Position numbers and translations under genes: made by a program
DNA from: an uncultured Gemmatimonadales bacterium
GTDB taxonomy: Bacteria > Gemmatimonadota > Gemmatimonadetes > Gemmatimonadales > GWC2-71-9
Reading direction: 5' to 3'
DNA: 64,000 nucleotides
Assembly (NCBI GenBank): GCA_963730185.1
Contig: CAVSQW010000010.1
Coordinates: forward strand, 1 to 64,000
Notes under the pieces: model-generated
The model's input: the letters and a program-made list of their open reading frames with translations, nothing else
Databases searched by the model: none
What the model was told of the DNA's origin: nothing
In this document: positions 34,343 through 44,234 of the stretch, one piece after another
Layout of the letters: each line of letters starts with the position of its first letter
Position numbering within the stretch: the stretch's first letter is position 1

Positions 34343-34636
34343 GCGCCGGTCGTGGGCACGGAACCTCCGCTGGGGGAAGCTGGCTGAGCGGGCGCCTCAA
34401 GTTGGAATCGCACGACCGAGGGCGCAAGGCGCGGGGCGGTCCGATCGCCGCCGGGTCGCTTCCTCGAGGTGTCGGGCGGAAGCCGGGCAGCATGGATCGC
34501 CTGCCCAACGCTCATCATGGCATGAGTCTCGCCACAGATCGAGCGCCAAACTTCACGCCGGGCCCCGTTGTGAACCCGATGCAGGCTCCGCAGGCGTCCT
34601 GCGCCGGCGTGGACACCTCTGACGGCGGGAGGCGAG

Positions 34637-35059
34637 ATGGCGACAACGACCGTGAGGTTCTCCGGAACGAAGGCCGTGGCACTGGTGGTCCTGCTGGCCG
34701 GCGTGGTGGGCGCCCGGGTCATGACCGCACGCGCCCGCCTCGGCACTCAGGGCCGGGCCGCGCTGGAGCGCTGGGTCCAGGGCGAGCTGATCCGGCCCAT
34801 CGTTGCGGACACGTCGACCTCCCTGGCCGAGCGCGGCGCCGCCGTCGAACAGGCCACCACCGTCACCATTCGCTCGCTCGCGGTCCGCGGCCCCTTGAAC
34901 AACGCGGTCGTACGGGTCGAGCTGAACCCGAGCCCGGCACTCTCACCCGGCACTCCCCTGGTCCGGTACTATCGGGCACAGTATTCGGACTTCACCGGCT
35001 GGCGGCACCACGGAAGCGCCACTGTCGTCAACTGGTACCTGGCCGCCCTGCGCTTCTAG
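34637..35059 (+). CDS. Hypothetical protein with N-terminal membrane anchor
   Basis: 140-aa ORF with GGAGG RBS, GC3-rich codons and one TM segment; no recognised family. Confidence 0.65.
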   Translation: MATTTVRFSGTKAVALVVLLAGVVGARVMTARARLGTQGRAALERWVQGELIRPIVADTSTSLAERGAAVEQATTVTIRSLAVRGPLNNAVVRVELNPSPALSPGTPLVRYYRAQYSDFTGWRHHGSATVVNWYLAALRF

Positions 35060-35190
35060 CGAGGGGCGAACGGTGAGGCGGGCCACCGAGGTTCCCATCA
35101 GGCAGCACCGGGCGCAGGCGTGCTTGTGACCGCCATTGTGACCACGCCCCCCGGCCTGACGGCCGAGGGGCGTGAGTCGTGGCGTACCAA

Positions 35191-35264
35191 TCGGGGCGCC
35201 GGGATTTGAACCCGGGACCTCCTGCGCCCAAGGCAGGCGCGCTACCGGGCTGCGCTACGCCCCG
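35191..35264 (-). tRNA. tRNA-Pro(TGG)
   Basis: CGGGGCG..CGCCCCG acceptor; anticodon arm CCTGC-CTTGGGC-GCAGG; GGTTCAAATCC; hairpin downstream at about 35143-35174. Confidence 0.95.
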
Positions 35265-35281
35265 TTCGGATTCGGTGCCCC

Positions 35282-35310
35282 AAGATAGTCCGGGGCAGCC
35301 ACCCCGCCAA
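35282..35310 (-). promoter_or_regulatory. Promoter of tRNA-Pro
   Basis: TTGGCG-17 nt-TATCTT on the minus strand, 17 bp upstream of the tRNA. Confidence 0.55.
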
Positions 35311-35327
35311 ACGGACCGGCTGCCTGT

Positions 35328-36267
35328 TCAGCGGGCTGGATATGCGACCGTTCGCTCGACGTTGACGACATCGCCCTCCTCGGTTTGGGCCACCGTGACG
35401 ATCCGGTCCGGGGCGTAGGCGATGGTCTTGAGCTCGGCCGGCGCGGCGTAGCACCGGTCGGGTCGCCCCGTGGTCGTGAAGTGCACGAGGAACCGTCCGC
35501 CCGCGAGAGTCGAGGATCTCCACCCTCGGCCGGGCGTCGTCCTGGACCACGATCTCGTCACCCACCAGACCGGCGAGGGTGAGGCGCCCCAGATTCACCA
35601 TCATGCTGCCCCACCGGCCGCGGAACACCACCGGGTACCACTCCGGCCCTGGAATGCCGGTCCGGATCACCCGCGCCTCCTTGGGCGGATGGCCGGCGTC
35701 CACGCCGATCAAGAAGAGGGTCGATCCGTCCGGGAAGCGCCCCATGAAGCCGCTCCCGGCGAGTCCGGCGACGTCACCGGTGCGCCAGGTCCTGGCGTAT
35801 CCCCGTTCGGTGAACAGCGAGATCCGAGCGCTCGGTCCATCGAACACGGCGATCGTGTCGCCGGCCCAGCGCCCGATCAGGATATACGGAGTGAACTCCC
35901 CCGGGCCTTGACCTCGGCCGCCTAACGCTGCCCGCTCCTGTCCGTCGGGAGCGATCAGCCGCACCCGACCGGACACCTGGTCCGCGAACGCCACCCGCCC
36001 GTCCGCCATGATCTCGGCCTTGCCGATCTGAGTCGCCCGGGGCGGCTGGGCCCAAAGGCCATGCCCCGCATCGGGCGAACGGCACGCCGCCGGGTCGTCG
36101 AGAGCTCGGGCCAGGTAGCCGTGGGAGAGGACGACCGTGTCGGCGGCTCCGGGAACACTGAGCACCCTGAGGTCCGGTTCGGGACCGGTCTGGCAGGCGA
36201 CCAGCGCGAGCATCAGCGCGAGGGAGCTCGGCGCGAGACCGCGGGGCGACCTGAGTGATCGGGGCAT
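35328..36267 (-). pseudogene. Beta-propeller-like lipoprotein, frameshift or deletion near 35490
   Basis: Lipobox LVAC and GGRGQGPGEF motif. A plausible C-terminus (FLVHFTTTGR..VVNVER..) lies in another frame ending at 35328. Confidence 0.55.
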
Positions 36268-36402
36268 GGAGCGCTCCTGGCGTGAGCGGCACTCGAGGCG
36301 AGGGCGTCCCGCTCCCCACCGGCCGACGGACGTTCCAGACTCGGACCGGACCGTCAACCCAGCCTCAAATCCCGCCCGTCGACCGTTTGAGGGCGCCCCG
36401 CC

Positions 36403-39339
36403 TCAGGCCGCCGGCACCAGGTCCGCCCGGCTCCGCCCGGTCCGGAGCGACGCCCCGAATGCCTCGGCATCCGCCGGCCGCCCGATCAGGTACCCCTGCG
36501 CCATCTCACAGCCCTGGGCCTGGAGGAAAGCCGCCTGCTCCCGGGTCTCCACGCCCTCGGCCACCACGGACAAGTTGAGCGCCCGGGCCAGCGCGATCAC
36601 GGCGGTGGTGATGGCGGCGTCGTCGGGGTTGGTGGTGACGTCGCGGACGAACGACCGGTCGATCTTGAGCGACCCAACCGGGAAGTGTTTGAGGTAGCTG
36701 AGGGAGGAGTACCCGGTCCCGAAGTCGTCGATCGCCAGGCCGACGCCCATCCGGGCCAGCGCGTTGAGGGTGTCGGCCAACTGGCCGGTCGGGTCCATCA
36801 GCATGCTCTCGGTCAGCTCGAGCACCAGCGAGGACGGCGCCAGCCCGGTCTCCTCGAGGACGCTGTGGACCAGCTGAGCGAACCCGTCGTCCCGGAGCTG
36901 GCGGGCCGAGAGGTTGATCGCCATCCGGAGCTGGCCGAGTCCCTCGTCTTGCCAGGCCTTCGCCTGGGCGCAGACCGTCCGGAGGATCCACTCGCCCAGC
37001 GGCACGATCAGGCCGCTCTCCTCCGAGATGGCCATGAACTCGCCGGGTGAGACCAGCCCCCGCTCCTTGTGGGTCCACCGGATGAGGGCCTCCGCGCCGA
37101 CGACCTCACGGCTCCGGAGGTCCAGGATCGGCTGGTACCACATGGTGAAATCGTTCGCCTCGACGGCCCGGCGAAGCTGCTGCTCCATCCGCATCCGAGC
37201 CACCGCCTCGGCGTTCATCGAGGCGGAGAAGAGTCGGTAGGTGTTCCGGCCCTGCTCCTTGGCGTGGTACATCGCCACGTCGGCGTTCTTGAGGAGGTCG
37301 TCCACGTCGCCACCATCGAAGGGGTAGATGGCGATCCCGACGCTGGCCGAGACGAACACCTCCTGAGTACCGAGCCGGAAGGGACGATCGAACGTCTCGA
37401 GGATCCGCCGGGCCACCCGGGCGGCGTCCTGCGGCTCGCCGATGTCGGGCAGAATGATGGTGAACTCGTCGCCGCCGAGGCGGGCGACGTCCACCCCCTG
37501 CTCGTCGCCCCCGCCCAACCGGGCGATGCTGTCGCCCTCGCGGCAGGAGGCCAGGAGCCGGGTAGCCACGTCCTGCACCAGCCGGTCGCCGAGGTCGTGG
37601 CCCAGGGTGTCGTTGATCCGGCTGAAGTGATCGAGGTCGAGGAAGCAGACGGCGACCAGCCGGTGCAACCGGCGGGCCCGGACCAGGGCTTCGTTCAGCC
37701 GCTGTTTGTGGAGCACCCGGTTGGGCAGGCTGGTGAGGCTGTCGTAGAACGCCATGAACCGGACCTGCTCGACCATCCGGGCGTTGGAGAGCGCCACGGC
37801 CACCTGGTCGGCCAGGCGGCGGAGCTGGAGCAGCTCCTCGCCGGCGGCGGCGCCGACGACGGCCCGGCGCCCACCGACCGCCAACGCGCCGAGGAGCTCC
37901 TCGCCGAAGAAGAGCGGGAACACCTCGATCGATTCGCCGGGGGAGCAGCCGACCCGGGACACATAGTCCGGGAGCGGGCGCCCGTCCGTCCCGAACACCA
38001 GACACTCGCGGTGCTCCCGCAGGAGCCGGGTGTCGGCCGTCGTGACGGTCGCGGTGGCCACGGCCCGTTTTCCGCCACCGAGCCCGGTCTCCAGCCAGGT
38101 GGTCGCCGCGTTGCCCTGGTGATCCAGCAAGGTGACCGCCAGGGTCCGGCAGGGGCAGACCGACGGCACCCGGCTCAGGACGGTCTCGACGATCGCGCCG
38201 GTATCCATCGCGGAGAGGACCGCCCGGTCGATCTCCGCGGCGGTGGTGAGCGCGCTGAACTGGCGCCCCAGCTGCGTCGCCATGGCGTTGAACGCGCTGG
38301 CCAGCTCTTCGATCTCGTCGCCGCTGGTGATGGTCACCCGGGTATCGAACTCCCGCTCGGCGATCCGCCGGGTCCCGTGGCGGAGGGCTTCGAGCGGGAT
38401 CAGGCTCCGGCGAATCTGGGTCGCCCCCAGGATCAGCACCGCGACCAGCGAGAGGGCCAGTACCAGCGGGAACGCCCGGGCGAAGCCGACCGACGGGGCC
38501 ACCACGTCGGCCTTGCTCTCGCTCAAGATGACGTACCAGGACGGCAGGTCGAACCGCCGGGTCTGGGGCAGCTCCCAGTAGGTCGCGAGATAGGAATCGT
38601 GCCAGGAACCCCATTCGAACGAACCGGTGGCGGAGTGGGCCATCTCCCGGGTTACCTCGGGGGCCACCTCGAGCGAATCCGGCGCCGAGCCGATCACCAC
38701 GCCGTGGCTCGGGTCCCAGAGCACGGGTGCCACGGTGGGCGGCAGGGCGTCGACGTCACCCATCCCCAGGAGGTAGGTCGGCACCAGCGTCGCGACCAGT
38801 CGGCCGCGCGCCTTCGCGTTGGCTGGGCGATGCACGAGCAGGAGGGTCGCCGCCGCCCCGGCGGACCGGCCGACGATGATGGTGCTCTGGCCCGGCGCCA
38901 GGGCCGGCAGGGACACGCCGGCCAGGCCGCCGGTTGCCCGCCCGCCGCCGAAGAGCCCGACGGGGGCGTCGCCCTCCGGCACCCAGGCCAGCCCGTCGAC
39001 CCCGTACGCCAGGTCGGCGCCGCAGGTCCCGCCCGAGGCCGTGTCCGAGGCCAAGCACTCCATCAGGTCGGGCGCGCTGTTCCGGAGGTCGCTCTCGAGC
39101 AGGTTGAGCCGCTCGTAGATGCTCCGGCCCACGGCGCTCGACAGGGTGTTCAGCCGCTCCCAACTCTGTTCGGCGAGCTGACCGCGGACGCTATGAAAGG
39201 TCAGGAGGGCGACGGCACAGGTCGGCACCAGGGCGCAGCCCACGAAGAGGAGTAGCAGCCGGCGCCCGAACCGGGAACCCAGCAAGCGTCGCTCCAGCAA
39301 CGTGGACTGTGCGGCGGTCGGCCGCCGGATGCCAGCCAT
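36403..39339 (-). CDS. Membrane-bound diguanylate cyclase/phosphodiesterase (periplasmic sensor-HAMP-GAF-GGDEF-EAL)
   Basis: Two TM helices, HAMP (DEIEELASAFNAM), YDSLTSLPNR, RLGGDEF, EALIRW, ELTES, DDFGTGYSSL. ATG 39339 with GAGG RBS. Confidence 0.93.
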   Translation of the reverse strand: MAGIRRPTAAQSTLLERRLLGSRFGRRLLLLFVGCALVPTCAVALLTFHSVRGQLAEQSWERLNTLSSAVGRSIYERLNLLESDLRNSAPDLMECLASDTASGGTCGADLAYGVDGLAWVPEGDAPVGLFGGGRATGGLAGVSLPALAPGQSTIIVGRSAGAAATLLLVHRPANAKARGRLVATLVPTYLLGMGDVDALPPTVAPVLWDPSHGVVIGSAPDSLEVAPEVTREMAHSATGSFEWGSWHDSYLATYWELPQTRRFDLPSWYVILSESKADVVAPSVGFARAFPLVLALSLVAVLILGATQIRRSLIPLEALRHGTRRIAEREFDTRVTITSGDEIEELASAFNAMATQLGRQFSALTTAAEIDRAVLSAMDTGAIVETVLSRVPSVCPCRTLAVTLLDHQGNAATTWLETGLGGGKRAVATATVTTADTRLLREHRECLVFGTDGRPLPDYVSRVGCSPGESIEVFPLFFGEELLGALAVGGRRAVVGAAAGEELLQLRRLADQVAVALSNARMVEQVRFMAFYDSLTSLPNRVLHKQRLNEALVRARRLHRLVAVCFLDLDHFSRINDTLGHDLGDRLVQDVATRLLASCREGDSIARLGGGDEQGVDVARLGGDEFTIILPDIGEPQDAARVARRILETFDRPFRLGTQEVFVSASVGIAIYPFDGGDVDDLLKNADVAMYHAKEQGRNTYRLFSASMNAEAVARMRMEQQLRRAVEANDFTMWYQPILDLRSREVVGAEALIRWTHKERGLVSPGEFMAISEESGLIVPLGEWILRTVCAQAKAWQDEGLGQLRMAINLSARQLRDDGFAQLVHSVLEETGLAPSSLVLELTESMLMDPTGQLADTLNALARMGVGLAIDDFGTGYSSLSYLKHFPVGSLKIDRSFVRDVTTNPDDAAITTAVIALARALNLSVVAEGVETREQAAFLQAQGCEMAQGYLIGRPADAEAFGASLRTGRSRADLVPAA

Positions 39340-39517
39340 TGCACCTCGTTCGAGGGAGTCGGATGACTGCGTCGGTATCGGTGCAGGAAGGTGCAAGGGG
39401 CAGGCCGGGCCTGAGCACGGGGCACAACCCGTTGCGGCCCAACTATGTAGACCACTCGTCGAGGGGTCGGTGGTGGATCGTCGCCTCTTGCATGAAGAGG
39501 CACTTCGAATCGGGATC

Positions 39518-40582
39518 CTAGCGACGGGGCCGATGGTAGGGCGGCGGGGTGTCGAGCACCCGGCCCACGTTCACGAGGGTCGCGCCCTTCCACACCGAGG
39601 GCACCGCGCGGATGAAGGTGACGACGCCGGTGGCCGGAGCCTGTACCGGCCGCCGGTCCCGGCCCAGCCAGTCGGTGAGCCAGCCGACGGTCATGCCCTG
39701 GTTGACATAGGTGCCTCTCCCCACTGCCGCCTCGAACATCCCGTCGCCCTCGGCCGCGAGCCGGGCGCCGGCGTCGAGCCAGACGGGATGCGCGACCGGC
39801 GTCACCGGCCGGTCGATCAGCCCGAGCGCTCCGAGCAGGTTGAGGAGCCCCTCGTCCAACAGGGCCAGGTCGTCCTCCGTGACGGTGCCCGCATGGCCGG
39901 CCTCGGCCACCAGCACCGTCTTGCCGAGCGACAGCGCGTAGCCGCCCAGGTTGCCCCGCGTGGCCGGATCGTCGAGGTCCATGTCGGCCACGATGATGTG
40001 GTCGAGGCCGAACGCCAAGGCCAGCCGGTACGAGGCCGAGTCCTGCGCCGGGTTCCCACCCCGGAACCAGTAGCTGTAGGGGCGGAGGTCCTCGTCGAGG
40101 TCGCCGCCGTGGAGATCGACGATCACGTCGGCCTGGCGAACCACCTCGCGGGCCATCAGCGCCAGAGCTCGCTCGGTCTGGGTGCCGTCGAGCCGGCCCG
40201 GGTAGATCCGGTTCATGCTCTTCCCGTCGACCGGATTGAGGTGCGGCGTCATCTCCCGAAACGAGGCCACGTTGAGGAGCGGGGTGACGATCACGGTTCC
40301 CCTGAGGCGGGCCGGGTCGAGCCGCGGCAGGAGCCGGGTCAGAGCGACGATCGAGGTGTACTCCGTGCCGTGGCTCCCGGCCACCAGCGCCACCACCGGG
40401 CCCGGGGCGGCCCCGTTCAGGACCGCCACCGGCATCGAGATCCCGGAGTCGGGCCCCGGGGGCACCACGATCGCGCCATAGGCGGCCCGACCCCGGGCCG
40501 CGGTGGCCGTGCCCACGGTGATGGACTGCGCCGCGAGCGGCGCGGCCAGGGCGAGGGCGAGCATCGTCAGCATCGGTCGCAT
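39518..40582 (-). CDS. Secreted succinylglutamate desuccinylase/aspartoacylase (M14) family metallohydrolase
   Basis: Signal peptide; GSHGTE, MNR, DLHGG, AEAG; C-terminal barrel-sandwich segment. Confidence 0.85.
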   Translation of the reverse strand: MRPMLTMLALALAAPLAAQSITVGTATAARGRAAYGAIVVPPGPDSGISMPVAVLNGAAPGPVVALVAGSHGTEYTSIVALTRLLPRLDPARLRGTVIVTPLLNVASFREMTPHLNPVDGKSMNRIYPGRLDGTQTERALALMAREVVRQADVIVDLHGGDLDEDLRPYSYWFRGGNPAQDSASYRLALAFGLDHIIVADMDLDDPATRGNLGGYALSLGKTVLVAEAGHAGTVTEDDLALLDEGLLNLLGALGLIDRPVTPVAHPVWLDAGARLAAEGDGMFEAAVGRGTYVNQGMTVGWLTDWLGRDRRPVQAPATGVVTFIRAVPSVWKGATLVNVGRVLDTPPPYHRPRR

Positions 40583-40608
40583 GGGTCTCTCCCGGTCGGC
40601 GAGTCGGC

Positions 40609-41220
40609 TCAGCCGGCCGCGGGTCGCGGCTCGGCCAGTCGGGTGGACAGATAGCCGTTCAGGATCTCGAGCTGCCGTTCGGGTGGAAAGAGCTTGGGCC
40701 GAAGCAGATAGCCCAGCCCGATCCCGTCGGCAACGGCGATCAGGGCATCGGCCTCCACTCTGGGGTCGACCTCGGCCGGCAGGAGACCGTCGGCCTGAAG
40801 CTGCTCGAGATCGGCCGCCACCCGGTCGCTCAGGATCTGGAGGCGCCGCTGGTGCTCCTCCCGGAGCCGCCGGCTGCTCTGCGCCAAGCCGAGGAAGGCG
40901 ACCCAGATCCGCCAGCCGGTGATTTGCCGCGGGCCCAGCGGCAGGGTGACGCCGAAGGTCCGCCGGATCCGCTCGACCCCGGTGGCGCCTTCCACCGCTG
41001 CCTCGATCTCCCGGCCGATCGCGTTGGTCAGGCGGTCCATCGCGAAGTGGAGGAGGTCGGTCTTGTTCCGGAAATAGTAGGTGACGACGCCGGTCGTGGC
41101 GTCGAGCTCCCGGGCGATGGCCCGGACGCTGGTGCGGTGGAGGCCGTCCCGGACGATGACCCGCCAGGCAGCCTGGGCCACGTCCTCCCGGCTGTAGGAC
41201 CGGCCGGCTACCCGCGCCAC
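40609..41220 (-). CDS. TetR family regulator (BetI-like C-terminus)
   Basis: HTH RDGLHRTSVRAIARE..GVVTYYFRNK. Confidence 0.9.
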   Translation of the reverse strand: MARVAGRSYSREDVAQAAWRVIVRDGLHRTSVRAIARELDATTGVVTYYFRNKTDLLHFAMDRLTNAIGREIEAAVEGATGVERIRRTFGVTLPLGPRQITGWRIWVAFLGLAQSSRRLREEHQRRLQILSDRVAADLEQLQADGLLPAEVDPRVEADALIAVADGIGLGYLLRPKLFPPERQLEILNGYLSTRLAEPRPAAG

Positions 41221-41247
41221 GGCGCCCTCGCGCGGGGGTCGCGAATT

Positions 41248-41267
41248 AAAACAACGTATGTTATTTT
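41248..41267. promoter_or_regulatory. Putative TetR operator
   Basis: AT-rich imperfect palindrome AAAACAAC-GTAT-GTTATTTT between divergent tetR and the serine hydrolase gene. Confidence 0.55.
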
Positions 41268-41390
41268 CACCCGGTCTTCTCCGATGGTCTCATGACTCGC
41301 GCCAGACCCAGGCGGTGCGCGCCGCCTTCAATCTACCGCCCCGCTCCCTTTCGACGCCGCTCGGCCCCGGCCGAGCCTCTGAGGCCGCCC

Positions 41391-42833
41391 ATGACTCCGA
41401 TTCGTGCCCCGCTGCTCCTCCTGGCCGCCACCCTCGCGTCCGCCTGCCAGTCGCCCAAGCCGCCCGCGGACCCGCTCACGACCCAGCTCGATCAGGTCAT
41501 GAAGGATGCCGTCGCCCGGCGCGACATGCCGGCCGCGGCGCTGGTGGTCGTCCGGAACGACAGTGTGATCTTCGCCCAGGGCTATGGCCACGCCGACTCG
41601 GCCGGCCAGGTCCCGTTCACCGACACGACCCACTTCGTGATCGGCTCGACCAGCAAGCCGCTGACCGCCATGGCCGTGCTTCGGCTGGTGGCGGCGAACA
41701 AGGTGGCGCTCGATACCCCGATCGTGCGGTACGTTCCGGACCTCCACTTCAAGGATCCCCGCGGCCAGGCGATCACCCTCCGCCACCTCCTGACCAACCG
41801 GTCGGGGATGGCGGTCGGCTTCTCGGGGCCGGCCTACCGGGACCCACCGGTGCAGGACGACAGTGCCCTGAGCCGGCTCGCGCACGCCGCGGCGACCATG
41901 CCCCTGCTCTTCGCGCCCGGCGAGGGCTATGCCTACTCGAACCGGGGCTGGGCCCTGGCGGGGTACGTCGTCCAGCGAGTCGCGGGTGAGCCGATCGAGG
42001 ACTTCATGGCCCGGGAGGTCTTCGCGCCGGCCGGGATGCGGCGCACCACCCTCCGGTTCTGGGAGCTTTCGGACGTGGCCCAGGGATTCGTCGAGGGCCG
42101 GAGCCGAGCCAACATTCCCCACCGCCCTTCCGTGACCCGGGCGTACGGGCCGGCCGGCATGGTGGCGTCGACACCGCTGGACGTCGGCCACCTGCTGATC
42201 ACGCTCCTGGACGGCGGCACCAATCCCGAGGGCGGCCAGCTCCTCCCCAAGGCCCAGGTGGACGAGATGTTCCGGCCCCAGGCCGACGCGGAGAGCGAGC
42301 TGGGCGGGCCGACCAAGTACGGCTTGGGCTGGGAGATCTTCGACCGGAACGGCACCAAGGTTGTCCAGAAGGCCGGGTCGGTGAACAGCATGGCCGATCT
42401 CTGGATGTTGATGCCCGAGCAGCATCTCGGGCTCGCGGTCTTCATGACCCGCGAGGACTATGGCTTCGCACCGGTGATCGGCAACCTCGTCGCGGCGTTG
42501 GCCGGCGACTCGGCGACGCCCCTGGCCGAGCGGACCGTGCCGACCCCGCCCTCGTTCGAGGCGGCGGTCGTCGCTCCGGCGGTACTCGACGGCCTCCTAG
42601 GCGTCTACGACACCCGGGTCGGCGACGTCCGGGTCTACCGCCGGACCGACTCGCTCTTTTCGGACTTCGACGGGGCCGAGATGGCCTTGGTCCCTCGGAA
42701 CGACTCCAGCTACGCCATGACCGACGACGTGGTCGCGAATACCGGTCACGACCTGGTATTCCGCCGGATGGGCGGGGCGATGACGCTCTGGAACGGGAAG
42801 GACTCGCTCGGGATCCGGGTCAGTCGCCCCTGA
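41391..42833 (+). CDS. Serine hydrolase lipoprotein (beta-lactamase class C/peptidase S12 family)
   Basis: Lipobox ASAC; SxxK (STSK), YSN and KAG motifs; LRHLLTNRSG. Confidence 0.88.
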   Translation: MTPIRAPLLLLAATLASACQSPKPPADPLTTQLDQVMKDAVARRDMPAAALVVVRNDSVIFAQGYGHADSAGQVPFTDTTHFVIGSTSKPLTAMAVLRLVAANKVALDTPIVRYVPDLHFKDPRGQAITLRHLLTNRSGMAVGFSGPAYRDPPVQDDSALSRLAHAAATMPLLFAPGEGYAYSNRGWALAGYVVQRVAGEPIEDFMAREVFAPAGMRRTTLRFWELSDVAQGFVEGRSRANIPHRPSVTRAYGPAGMVASTPLDVGHLLITLLDGGTNPEGGQLLPKAQVDEMFRPQADAESELGGPTKYGLGWEIFDRNGTKVVQKAGSVNSMADLWMLMPEQHLGLAVFMTREDYGFAPVIGNLVAALAGDSATPLAERTVPTPPSFEAAVVAPAVLDGLLGVYDTRVGDVRVYRRTDSLFSDFDGAEMALVPRNDSSYAMTDDVVANTGHDLVFRRMGGAMTLWNGKDSLGIRVSRP

Positions 42834-43599
42834 TGGTGCGGGCGGCCTGGGCGGCGGCGCTGGTGAGGAAGCCCATGTCGCTGGAGATGCTCACCAGCCG
42901 CATCCCGCGGCGGGCCCACTCGGCGGTGAGCTGAACGTCGTTGGTGTGGATCGCGGGAACGACCCCGTGCCGGCGGCAGGCGTCGAGCGTCCGCTCGATG
43001 GCTTGCTCCAGCACGGGGTCGCGCATCTTCCCGGCCACGCCCAAGGCAATGGCCAGATCGTTGGGGCCGATCAGGGCGGCGTCGACGCCCGGCTCGATCA
43101 GGATCTCGTCCAGCCGGTCGAGCGCTTCGCGGGTCTCGATCTGGACGATGACGAAGGTCTCCCGATTGGAGTCGGCCATCGCGGCCGTCACGTCACCGCT
43201 CTTGAACTCGGTGTGTCCCCGGCCGAGGGCCGAACCACGGGCACCCTCCGGGGGGTACTTCACGGCGGCGATCGCCTCCCGCACCTGGAGCGGCGAGGTC
43301 ACCCGGGGCAGCATCACCCCCTGCGCGCCGCCGTCGAGCACCTGGGCGATGTACTGATAGGCCAGGACCGGGACCCGGACGATCGGGGTGACTCCGAGGG
43401 CTCGGCCGGTCCGGCTCAAGTCGGCCAGGGTCTCGGGGTTGAACGAGCCGTGCTCGTTGTCGAGGATCACCCAGTCGAGGCCGGCGTTGAGCAGGGCCTG
43501 GATCACGGACATCTGGCGGAGCTCGCCGATCATGGTCCCGACGGCGAGCTGGCCGTCGGCCAGCCGCCGGCGGAGGCGGTTCTCGGGAATCAGGGACAT
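42820..43599 (-). CDS. HpcH/HpaI aldolase family protein
   Basis: LDNEHG, LDGGAQGVMLP, VQIET, IGPNDL. Confidence 0.9.
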   Translation of the reverse strand: MSLIPENRLRRRLADGQLAVGTMIGELRQMSVIQALLNAGLDWVILDNEHGSFNPETLADLSRTGRALGVTPIVRVPVLAYQYIAQVLDGGAQGVMLPRVTSPLQVREAIAAVKYPPEGARGSALGRGHTEFKSGDVTAAMADSNRETFVIVQIETREALDRLDEILIEPGVDAALIGPNDLAIALGVAGKMRDPVLEQAIERTLDACRRHGVVPAIHTNDVQLTAEWARRGMRLVSISSDMGFLTSAAAQAARTIRGD

Positions 43600-43607
43600 G
43601 GGCCGGT

Positions 43608-44234
43608 TCAGGACTCGAGTGGATGGTTGGCGAGCGCGGCGAGGAGGGCCCGGACGGCGTGGCCGCGGTGGCTCACCCGGTCCTTCTCGTCGTCGGTGGC
43701 CTCGCCGAAGGTCTTGCCCAGGTCGTCACTCAGAAAGTACGGGTCGTAGCCGAAGCCGGCCTCGCCCCGGGGCTCGGTGGTGATGATCCCGGTGCAGGTG
43801 CCTTCGAAGGTCTCGGGCAGCGCGTGGCGATGACGGAGCAGCACCAGCGCCGAGCGGTACCGGGCCCGCCGGCGGGCGTCGGTGGCCCCAGCCAGCCGCT
43901 GGAGGAGATAGGCGTTGTTGGCCGCGTCAATCGCGGCGGCGCCGCCGGTGGCGTTGGCCCAGCGTTTGGAGCGGACCCCGGGCTCGCCGCCCAGACTGAA
44001 GACCTCGAGCCCGCTGTCGTCGGCCACGGTGGGGAGCCCGGTCAGCCGGGCGAAGTGCTCGGCCTTGGCCCGGGCGTTGGCGGCGAACGAGTCGTGGAGC
44101 TCGAGCGTCGTCTCGACCGGCGTCTCCGGGGCGCTCACCTCGTCCGGGAAGACGATCTCGAACGGCGCGTCGGCCAGGAGGCGGCGGATCTCGCGCTGCT
44201 TGCCCGGACTTCGGGTCGCGACCAGGAGCTTCAC
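43608..44234 (-). CDS. rdgB: Non-canonical purine NTP pyrophosphatase (Ham1)
   Basis: ATRSPGKQRE, ADDSGLEV, GFGYDPYF, KDRVSHRG. GTG start overlaps the rph stop. Confidence 0.93.
   Translation of the reverse strand: MKLLVATRSPGKQREIRRLLADAPFEIVFPDEVSAPETPVETTLELHDSFAANARAKAEHFARLTGLPTVADDSGLEVFSLGGEPGVRSKRWANATGGAAAIDAANNAYLLQRLAGATDARRRARYRSALVLLRHRHALPETFEGTCTGIITTEPRGEAGFGYDPYFLSDDLGKTFGEATDDEKDRVSHRGHAVRALLAALANHPLES

Noticed and set aside
39340..39517. c-di-GMP riboswitch upstream of the GGDEF-EAL gene
   Set aside because: Hairpins are present (e.g. GCCTCTT/AAGAGGC at 39483-39501) but no GEMM consensus was recognised; more likely a terminator of the M14 gene.
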